From NCBI RefSeq assembly GCF_000315625.1, contig NW_005434662.1, positions 847,615 to 911,614 of the forward strand: a DNA stretch of 64,000 nucleotides, given 5' to 3'. Every line of letters begins with the position of its first letter. Within the stretch, counting starts at the first letter, position 1. Positions 24,645 to 34,995 of the stretch are shown here, piece after piece. The translations under genes were made by a program, and so were the position numbers. This DNA comes from Guillardia theta CCMP2712. Taxonomy: Eukaryota; Protista; Cryptophyta. The notes beneath the pieces were generated by a model. That model made no database searches, was not told the origin of the DNA, and saw only the letters and a list, made by a program, of their open reading frames with translations.

Positions 24645-27600
24645 ATGATCACGAAGATGCTCAAGATCGTCATCCTTCTGCTCCTCTGTCCTCCCTTGCA
24701 ATCAAGGGTACAACAGGCAGTCGGAGGTAGCAGCAGCACGTTCTCCAGGATCTTTCAGCTCCGGAGTCGCATACATCCGTGTAGAGGAGGAAACGACTGG
24801 CAGTCTGATAACGAGGAGAGCAGCTCAGGTGGAGGAAACGACTGGCAGTCTGATAACGAGGAGAGCAGCTCAGGTGATGGTTCTCCCTTTTCTCTCCCTT
24901 CTTTCCCTCCCTGCTCCCCTCATCTTATCGCATCAGGGGCGATGAGCAACGATTTGGAGTGGAAAGTGACGCGGCTCATGGAGATGGGAGCATCGAGGTC
25001 AATGGCAAAGGTCGCTGCAGAGCACTCCATCATATCATATTGACTCTTCACTGCAGAGGGCTGTCGCTCAGGATCCGCAAGGAGATGTCGAGGATGCCGT
25101 GAGGTGCTTGGAGTTGGCAGTGGTCTCAAGTGAGCTACGGCAGCAGATGGATCATCAGCAATCTCGACCAAGGAAACCAGTCAGTGACAGAACAAGTCCC
25201 GTCTCATGCTGTTGGACGAGCCAATGATTTGTTTTCTGTCTGCAGCAATCTTGACGACGATGCCAAAGATACAGCCAAAATTGCTTTCCCTGCTGTTCGT
25301 AATCCCTGGAAAGAATCTCGGACTTCATCGGAGCTCCTCGGAAGCTGTGCGTATTTGTTTCTGCCCTTGTGACTGTTCATCCTCCCTCTCTTCCTTCGCA
25401 TCTCCCTTTGGATTGCTCCTCTCTGCTGCTTCGATAGCTTTCCTTCCTCCTCCTTCCTCGATCTCCTCCTCCTCCTCCTCCTCCTCCTCCCTCCTCCTCC
25501 TTCCTGCTTCTCCTCCCTCCTCCTCCTCCCTCCTCCTCCTCCATCCTGCTCCTCCTCCTCCCCCCTCCTCTTCCTCCTCCCTCCTCTTCCTCCCTCCCCT
25601 TCCTCCTCCTCCTTCTTCCTCCTCCTCCTCCTCCTCCTCCTCCTCCTTCCTCCTTCCTCCTTCCTCCTTCCTCCTTCCTCCTTCCTCCTCCCTTCTACTC
25701 CTCTTTCCTAATCCTCCACCACCTCCTCGTGGCTCCATTCTCCATACTTTACTCCTTTACTTCTCTTCTTTCTTATTCAAACTCCATGCTAATGCAAGCA
25801 GCCGTTGCAGCTCCCGATTGCTTTCACCGTCAGCCAAGTCTCCGTCCGTTTGTCTTCTCCTTCCTGTCTTCATCTAAGTGCTTGCAGCAGGTGTGGATCC
25901 TACAGCCAGTCCCTTCACGTTCGGTTTGCATCGCAGAGTGGAAAGGAGGAGATCGTCGAACAGAGAGCCTCAGAAGCGGACGAGTACGCTCATTGCAAGA
26001 ATGAACGCGACATGTGTTTTCACCAAGAGCATGAGAGATGTCAATGTGCACTGGGGATTTGAAGTAGACATAGACATATTGAGAAATGTCTGCCAGGTGA
26101 GATGGGATGATATGATATCGAAGATTTCAGATGAACAATTGCTTCTTCGCAAACTCTAGGGTTTTGCGATGTTCTGATTGGATTTCAACTCCTGTTTCGT
26201 GTTGTAAACTACTTCATCCTCTTTAGAACGATTGACATTCTTGCAGATTTGCGAAGCTTATCAACTTATAGGCTTCGTGGACGGACCAGTCGCCCGTTTT
26301 CTTTGCAAATTCATCCCATCGGTATCCTGGAGGAAGCGCTGTTGGGCGCGAGTGTACCTTCAAAAATTTCTTCAAGAAAACGAAAGTTTGCAAGGAGAGG
26401 ATCCCAACGATGAGAAGGAGAGAAAGGAAGTGTGGCATTGCGACGTCAGACTATCAGGAGGCAGTAATGTTCGAGAGAGGGCGATCAAGGCCTTGAGACG
26501 GTCGGGACTACCTTTCACCATAGTGAATGCTACTCAAGAAATCTTTGACACCCCAATCGTGATCAATCGGACAGCTGGGACTGTACAAAACTCACAAGAA
26601 TCGCTGGAGGGTATCATTGATGATTTGCAGAATATTACAAGCTCCTTCAATCTCTCGCTTGTCTGCATGGAAACATTGCGGACCCTCGGGCTACGAACCA
26701 CTCTGTACGATTACCAGTTGCGAGGGATTAACTGGATGTTGAGTAGAGAATGTCAACAAGATGGGGATGGAGGAGAAGACGCAACCGTGAGCACTTGTAC
26801 AAACGCATCACTGAACAAACAAGACTGCAAACTGATCGATAGCGATGGGAACAGGAACAACCTCCACAGCCAACTCAAACCTGACAACGTCAGCAATCGT
26901 TCTAGCACGGATGAATTCGTTCACTCAGCTCTCTGGAGGAAAGTGACGGCGTATGGAGGGATATCTCACTACGAAAGCGTGATCGCAAAAGTCCGGAGGA
27001 CCTCACGACCTGAACCTATCTTCGGTGGAATTCTCGCAGATGATATGGGATTGGGTGAGCTGCCTGTTGAAAAACTGTCCCCTTCAAATGATGTGATGCG
27101 GTTCAAACAGGCAAGACAATACAGGTTCTGTCTCTCATCCTATCCAACGATCCCGATCGCGCTCTCCGAGCTGACAAGGCTGAAAGTGGATGCAAGCGAG
27201 CAAAGACACTGATTGTCTGTCCGGTTTCTGTCTTGACCAGCTGGGACTCGCAGATCGAAAGGCACATTGAGGATGGCAAGATGACCAAGATGGTACTCCA
27301 CTCGAAATACCTGCAAAGAAGTTGCAACGTGTCCTCACGCAGTCTGTCTGATTACGATGTTGTTCTTACAAGCTATGAGACCTTGAGGAATCTCTATCAA
27401 AGATGGCTCTTGAATCGCAATGCAACACATGTCAAGAAGGACGGTGAGTTTGCATGTGGATCCTATCATCTTTCATCACTCTTGTATTATACAGGACGAC
27501 GATCTTCGAAACAAGACATCATCGGAAACCAGAACATCGACATGTTCGACATGAGATGGTGGCGAGTAATCCTCGATGAAGCGCATTGGATCAAGAACAG

Positions 27601-29192
27601 GAAAACAAGAAGTCATCGAGCTTGTCTGCAACTGACGGCAATTAACCGGTGGTGTTTGACAGCAACGCCATTGCAGAATGATGTGGACGATATCCAGTCT
27701 CTCTTGCAGTTTCTTAGAGTGGAACCGCTCGACAAGTATTCTACCTGGCTGACATACGTCAAAAAGTGAAACCTCTTCTTTCCTCCTCCTCCTCCTCCTC
27801 CCTCCTCCTCTCACCTTTTCATTACGCTAATTCCGTTGGTTTTCCTTGACAGGCTCTTGAAGACGCAGGGTTCCCTCGGCATCACGCGACTGCGGGTGGT
27901 GATGCAGGCATTCTGCTTGAGGCGATCCAAGGCTCTCCTCGCTTCTTCTCTTCCTCCTCTCTCCATCCAGACTCACACTGTCCGTCTCCACGGCCATCAC
28001 CTTGACATGTACAACTTGCTCTTCGAGTCCGCCAGCTCTGTCTTCTTTGCCCTCGACGAGCATGGAGGAGCAGCGGTCATGAGGAGGTACTCCTCAGTAC
28101 TCGAGTGTATCCTCCGCCTCCGACAGACCTGCTGCTCCTCTCGCGGGGTCTCCCAGCAGAGGATGGAGAGGGCAAGGTACGTGTTGAGGTATATGGAGAG
28201 GAAGAAAGCGCAGCAGGCAGGAGACGAGGAGAACGCGACGAAGCTGCTCACGCGGGAGGAGGCGGACAAGATGTTGGAGAAGCTTTCTGGCAAGGAGGAA
28301 ACCATGGAATGTGTCGTCTGCCTGGATGACCTCGACGAGGAGACGAAGCGGGTAATTCGCTCCTGCTGTCACTGCTTCTGCGAGGACTGTGTCATGAAGC
28401 TCCTGCAACTTTCTTCCGGCGGAGACGCTGTCTGTCCCCTATGCCGCGGCAAATTTTCAAAGGGCGACGTGTTCTCGGTAGAGCAAACGCGGGAGGCTCA
28501 ACAGAACCTTGCTCGCAACGCATCCGACGAGGACGAGGACGGGGAGAGGCAGACGGATCGGGTGCAAGCGGAAGAGGAGGAGCGGGAAGAGGAGGAACAG
28601 AGGCTGAACCCCAAGATTCATGCGCTTCTCCTCGATGTGCAGGAGGCTCTGCAAGCAGACAAGACAGTCAAGTCTGTCGTGTTTTCCAACTTCCTCTCAT
28701 GTTTGGATGAGACAGAAAGTGCCTTGATCGCTGCTGGCATCCCCGTCTTTCGTATCGATGGCAAGACCAGCATCGTCCAGCGCCGGCGGCTGATACAAGA
28801 CTTCGACTCTTATCCTCAAGGCGCCCTGCTCCTCCTCAGCACCAAGGTCAGAATCCTTTCCATCTCCTTCCCCCTGCTCCCATCACCTCGCTCTGACCTC
28901 CAGCTAGGTGGGAGGCGTGGGGCTCTCGCTCACCATGGCGTCAAGAGCTTACATGATGGAACCATGGTGGAACGCGGCAGTTGACGAGCAGGCCATGCAT
29001 CGGCTCCACCGCATCGGGCAGACGCGCCCAGTCACCATCATCCGCTACATGTGCCAAGGGACCATTGAGCAGAAGATCATGGAGATGCAGGAGAAGAAAG
29101 ATTGGCTGGGGAAGGCGGCGATGATGAGGATGGCAGCCGACGAGCTGCTGGAAATGCGCCTGCGGCTGTTCAGGACGCTATTCCTGAGATAG
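24645..29192 (+). CDS. Rad5/HLTF-like SNF2 helicase with RING E3 ligase (UBA, HIRAN-like, SNF2_N, RING, HELICc), multi-exon
   Basis: LYDYQLRGINWM, GGILADDMGLG, VILDEAHWIKN, RWCLTATPLQN, RING CVVC..C.HCFC..C..CPLCR, and EPWWNAAVDEQAMHRLHRIGQ. UBA-like RLMEMGASR and HIRAN-like IGFVDGPVARFL. Linking the 5' exons to this gene is inferred. Confidence 0.88.
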
Positions 29193-29210
29193 AGTCAGGG
29201 ATTTCGTGGC

Positions 29211-29314
29211 AGACGACTACTCGGTGAGAGACGACTACTCGGTGAGAGACGACTACTCGGTGAGAGACGATTACTCGGTGAGAGACGACTACTCGGTGGG
29301 AGACGACTACTCGG
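29211..29314 (+). repeat. 18-bp tandem repeat AGACGACTACTCGGTGAG, ~5.8 copies
   Basis: Directly visible just after the helicase stop, at the left edge of the island. Confidence 0.95.
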
Positions 29315-29439
29315 ATCTGATGTGAAATTTATTCTTATGTTCATTCTGCTTCCACCAGCCTCGGAAGTCCCTGGGCGTCGCCGACTTCTCCTCTCTCAAA
29401 CAAGAGGCTGCTGGAATCCGGCGGCCTGCTTTTGAGGCC

Positions 29440-32400
29440 GGCGGCTGCTTTGTTTTGCTTGAGGCACTTTTTACCTTCTGCCAGTAAATCCTTTATTCGG
29501 CGGCCTCCTAAACCAATAAAACCTAAAACCCTAAACCAAGCGCGAAGGCAAGCATAACAAAGCAGGAACAAGCTAAACCCGCTTGCACACAGCGCACAGC
29601 GAGAAGCTGCACAAACACACACAAAACACAAGCCCGAAAAGAACCAGCACTGCTGGCAGCAGGACGGATTTACTGGCAGAAGGTAAATGGCAACCGTCAG
29701 CAGACCCGGCATCGCCAGCCCAAGCGCGAAGCCGCGCAGACAAGCAGCCTAAGGGTCAAGCAATCAAGCAACAAGCAGCAGGAGCATGCAGGAGGAATAA
29801 CATCCCTTAGACGCGATACCCGGAGGCAGCCGACTGACCACTGTCAGTCGAGACGTCCGCTGCCGCCACAAAGCGGGCGGCCGCGGACGGAGAAAGGGCA
29901 GCCGCCGACAAGGAGCCGGCGTTGCCCGGGGGTCCGCCTGGGGCAGCGGACGGAGGGAGGCTGGACACAGGAGCACGGTACCGCTCGAGGTAGTCCTCTT
30001 CGCTAGCCTCGGAGTCAGCGGTAGCCGAAACCAACACCGTGGTGTCGAGCTCTCCGGAGGCACCCGACGTCACAGTGAGGGACGGAGACGCCTCGCCAGC
30101 TCCGCGCCAAGGCGAAGTGTTTCCCCCATCGGAGTCGGAGACCTCCGGCGAAGACTCCTCCTCGGGCGACTCGACAAAGTCCGAGGAGGAGCTGTCCTCG
30201 GGCTCGAGAAGTGCTTGTGCCCGCAAGGGCGTCATGCGCCTCGCACCCGGAAACAAGAGCGCCTCCAGTGTCAGCTGCATAGTGAGGCAATCCGTATTCC
30301 AGAGGGGCTGATAGGTGGCGGCGCGTTTGCGAGCTAAGACCTGAGCAGCAGGTCCGTACGCGGCCGCCAGCTTTGCTGACAGTGGTCAGTCGGCTGCCTC
30401 CGGGTATCGCGTCTGAGGGATTTTCTTCCTCCTGCATGCTCCTGCTGCTTGTTGCTTGATTGCTTGACCCTTAGGCTGCTTGTCTGCGCGGCGGGCTTCG
30501 CGCTTGGGCTGGCGATGCCGCGTCTGGTCATCTTGCGGCCATGAGGATGGGAGGGTACCTGCCGTCGAGGGATTTTATTCCTCCTGCATGCTCCTGCTGC
30601 TTGTTGCTTGATTGCTTGACCCTTCGGCTGCTTGTCTGCGCGGCTTCGCGCTTGGGCTGGCGATGCCGGGTCTGCTGACGGTTGCCAGCAGTGCTGGTTG
30701 TTTTCGGGCTTGTGTTTTGTGTGTGATTGTGCAGCTTCTCGCTGTGCGCTGTGTGCCAGGAGGGTTAGCTTGTTCCTGCTTTGTTTTGCTTGAGGCACTT
30801 TTTACCTTCTGCCAGTAAATCCTACTTTCGAGAACGAGAGTCCCCTCGAGCGTTCATCCCTCTTGCCATCTCGACGGACGGTACCCTGAGGCACTTTTTA
30901 CCTACTGCCAGTAAATCCTACTCCATCTGCATCCTGACACCCTCCGCTTCNNNNNNNNNNNNNNNNNNNNNNNNNNNNNNNNNNNNNNNNNNNNNNNNNN
31001 NNNNNNNNNNNNNNNNNNNNNNNNNNNNNNNNNNNNNNNNNNNNNNNNNNNNNNNNNNNNNNNNNNNNNNNNNNNNNNNNNNNNNNNNNNNNNNNNNNNG
31101 ACGCTGGAGGCGCTCTTGTCTGGTGCGAGGCGCATGACGCCCTTGCGGGCGCAAGCACTTCTCGAGCCAGAGGACAGCTCCTCCTCGGACTTTGTCGAGT
31201 CGCCCGAGGAGGAGTCTTCGCCGGAGGTCTCCGACTCCGATGGGGGAAACATCCAGAGTGGCGCCGACGATCGGCGCGGAGCTGGCGAGGCGTCTCCGTC
31301 CCTCACTGTGACGTCGGGTGCCTCCGGAGAGCTCGACACCACTGGGGTGCTTGCTGCTGGTCCGAGCTCGCCTGCTTCCTCCCCGGCATCAGTCGGGTCA
31401 CGCCGGTCCTTGGGCATTGCTGCGGCGTCGCCGCCGCCGTCACGGGCGGCTACCGCTGACTCGGCTACCGCTGACTCGGCTACCGCTGACTCGGCTACCG
31501 CTGACTCGGAGGCTAGCGAGGAGGACTACCTCGAGCGGTACCGTGCTCCTGTGTCCAGCCTCCCTCCGTCCGCTGCCCCAGGCGGACCCCCGGGCAGCGC
31601 CGGCTCCTTGCAAGTTGTCGGCGGCTGCCCTTTCTCCGTCCGCGACCGCACAGTGGTCAGTCGGCTGCTTCCGGGTATCGCGTCTAAGGGATTTTCTTCC
31701 TCCTGCATGCTCCTGCTGCTTGTTGCTTGATTGCTTGACCCTTAGGCTGCTTGTCTGCGCGGCGGGCTTCGCGCTTGGGCTGGCGATGCCGCGTCTGGTC
31801 ATCTTGCGGCCATGAGGATGGGAGGGTACCTGCCGTCGAGGGATTTTATTCCTCCTGCATGCTCCTGCTGCTTGTTGCTTGATTGCTTGACCCTTCGGCT
31901 GCTTGTCTGCGCGGCTTCGCGCTTGGGCTGGCGATGCCGGGTCTGCTGACGGTTGCCAGCAGTGCTGGTTGTTTTCGGGCTTGTGTTTTGTGTGTGTTTG
32001 TGCAGCTTCTCGCTGTGCGCTGTGTGCCAGGAGGGTGCTTGATTGCCTGACGCTTTGTTTTGCTTGAGGCACTTTTTACCTTCTGCCAGTAAATCCTATG
32101 CCTTCAAGTCCTCCTCGCTAGCCTCCGAGTCAGCGGTAGCCGAGTCAGCGGTAGCCGCCCGTGACGGCGGCGACGCCGCGGCAATGCCCAAGGACCGGCG
32201 TGACCCGACCGATGCCGGGGAGGAAGCAGGCGAGCTCGGACCAGCAGCAAGCACCCCAGTGGTGTCGAGCTCTCCGGAGGCACCGACGTCACAGTGAGGG
32301 ACGGAGACGCCTCGCCAGCTCCGCGCCGATCGTCGGGGCCACTCTTCCTCCTGCATGCTCCTGCTGCTTGTTGCTTGATTGCCTGACCCTTAGGCTGCTT

Positions 32401-34995
32401 GTCTGCGCGGCTTCGCGCTTGGGCTGGCGATGCCGCGTCTGGGTGCCAGCAGTGCTGGTTCTTTTCGGGCTTGTGTTTTGTGTGTTTGTGCAGCTTCTCG
32501 CTGTGGACTGTGTGCCTGCCGGTTCATCTTGTTCCTGCTTTGTTTTGCTTGAGGCACTTTTTACCTTCTGCCAGTAAATCCTATGTCACTCGAAGGGTGT
32601 CCCCCATCGGCAGCTTGTTCCTGCTTTGTTTTGCTTGAGGCACTTTTTATCTTCTGCCAGTAAATCCTATATCTATCGGACAAAAGAGACCTTTGGCGAA
32701 GACTCCTCGGGCGACTCGACAAAGTCCGAGGAGGAGCTGTCCTCTGGCTCGAGAAGTGCTTGCGCCCGCAAGGGCGTCATGCGCCTCGCACCAGACAAGA
32801 GCGCTTCCAGCGTCAGCTGCATAGTGAGGCGCTGATAGGTGGCGGCGCGTTTGCGAGCCAAGACACCATAGGATTTACTGGCAGAAGATAAAAAGTGCCT
32901 CAAGCAAAACAAAGCAGGAACAAGCTGAACCGGCAGGTACACAGTCCACAGCGAGAAGCTGCACAATCACACACAAAACACAAGCCCGAAAAGAACCAGC
33001 ACTGCTGGCACCCAGACGCGGCATCGCCAACCAGAGCGCGAAGCCGCGCAAAAAACCTCAGCAGCAGGTCCGTCATCAGGCACGAAGTGCCGACCAAACG
33101 CCGCATCCTCAAGAGGCATTGAGCGCTGAGCAATGATGTCCGCCAGATACCAGATGAAGCGGAGGGTGTCAGGATGCAGGGTACCGTCCGTCGAGATGGC
33201 AAGAGCATAGGATTTACTGGCAGAAGGTAAAAAGTGCCTCAAGCAAAACAAAGCAGGAACAAGAGGGATGAACGCTCGAGGAGGAGTAGTCATGGCATAT
33301 GCAGCGCGATGTTTGCGAATCTTCTCAGACGCTGCAACATGGAGGGCGTCGAGGTTGACCTCCCCCCACTTGGTCAGGTCGGCAGAGCTACCAATGTAAG
33401 GGTGGACATAGGATTTACTGGCAGAAGGTAAAAAGTGCCTCAAGCAAAACAAAGCAGGAACAAGCTGAACCGGCAGGCACACAGTCCACAGCGAGAACCT
33501 GCACAAACACACACAAAACACAAGCCCGAAAAGACCAGCACTGCTGGCACCCAGACGCGGCATCGCCAGCCCAAGCGCGAAGCCGCGCAGACAAGCAGCC
33601 TAAGGGTCAGGAGGCACTTTTTACCTTCTGCCAGTAAATCCGACAAATAAAATCCCTCAGACGCGATACCCGGAGGCAGCCGACTGACCACTGTCAGTCG
33701 NNNNNNNNNNNNNNNNNNNNNNNNNNNNNNNNNNNNNNNNNNNNNNNNNNNNNNNNNNNNNNNNNNNNNNNNNNNNNNNNNNNNNNNNNNNNNNNNNNNN
33801 NNNNNNNNNNNNNNNNNNNNNNNNNNNNNNNNNNNNNNNNNNNNNNNNNNNNNNNNNNNNNNNNNNNNNNNNNNNNNNNNNNNNNNNNNNNNNNNNNNNN
33901 NNNNNNNNNNNNNNNNNNNNNNNNNNNNNNNNNNNNNNNNNNNNNNNNNNNNNNNNNNNNNNNNNNNNNNNNNNNNNNNNNNNNNNNNNNNNNNNNNNNN
34001 NNNNNNNNNNNNNNNNNNNNNNNNNNNNNNNNNNNNNNNNNNNNNNNNNNNNNNNNNNNNNNNNNNNNNNNNNNNNNNNNNNNNNNNNNNNNNNNNNNNN
34101 NNNNNNNNNNNNNNNNNNNNNNNNNNNNNNNNNNNNNNNNNNNNNNNNNNNNNNNNNNNNNNNNNNNNNNNNNNNNNNNNNNNNNNNNNNNNNNNNNNNN
34201 NNNNNNNNNNNNNNNNNNNNNNNNNNNNNNNNNNNNNNNNNNNNNNNNNNNNNNNNNNNNNNNNNNNNNNNNNNNNNNNNNNNNNNNNNNNNNNNNNNNN
34301 NNNNNNNNNNNNNNNNNNNNNNNNNNNNNNNNNNNNNNNNNNNNNNNNNNNNNNNNNNNNNNNNNNNNNNNNNNNNNNNNNNNNNNNNNNNNNNNNNNNN
34401 NNNNNNNNNNNNNNNNNNNNNNNNNNNNNNNNNNNNNNNNNNNNNNNNNNNNNNNNNNNNNNNNNNNNNNNNNNNNNNNNNNNNNNNNNNNNNTCTTCTC
34501 AGACGCTGCAACATGGAGGGCGTCGAGGTTGACCTCCCCCACTTGGTCAGGTCGGCAGAGCTACCAATGTAAGGGTGGACCAACGTCACGTCATAGGGGG
34601 TCAGAGGATTTACTGGCAGAGGGTAAAAAGTGCCTCAAGCAAAACAAAGCAGGAACAGCTGCATATGCCATGACTCCTCCTCCTCGAGTGTTCATCCCTC
34701 TTGCGTGACATTCTTACCGTGCCCGAGTAAAACTCAGTTGCACAGCCGAAGGACGTACTCGCTCAAGTCGCAGGATAGGGTCTTGCAGTCTACCATCTTC
34801 GCTCATTTTTCTGAGCGAGGCTATAGGATTTACTGGCAGAAGATAAAAAGTGCCTCAAGCCTTTGGAAGTGCTTCCGCGGCTCATCTCACCCAGCAAGCG
34901 CTTGCAGTACTGCAGGTGGATTTGACTGACATCCTCGACACCACTAGCCTGATCCAGGCGATCAAGCACTTTTTACCTTCTGCCAGTAAATCCTA
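29440..34995. mobile_element. Nested patchwork of 5'-truncated copies and fragments of the CRE-like element, with 14 copies of its 3'-terminal motif
   Basis: Motif on + at 29461, 30792, 30888, 32066, 32551, 32637, 33611 and 34966; on - at 29666, 32871, 33210, 33411, 34606 and 34826. Most intervening DNA matches 36840-39260 in either orientation. Contains two N gaps. Confidence 0.92.

Noticed and set aside
29461-29491. Terminal motif as a U5 snRNA loop I or spliced-leader target
   Set aside because: Only CTTTTTAC resembles GCCUUUUAC, and I saw no U5 stem or Sm site. An Rfam search would be needed to exclude it fully.
33657-34589. Long ORFs spanning N runs (also ~30900-31150 and 46263-47581)
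   Set aside because: Artefacts of assembly gaps.
29440-34995. Bona fide CRISPR array
   Set aside because: Eukaryotic context, no cas genes, repeats in both orientations with irregular spacing, and the repeat is the retroelement's 3' terminus.
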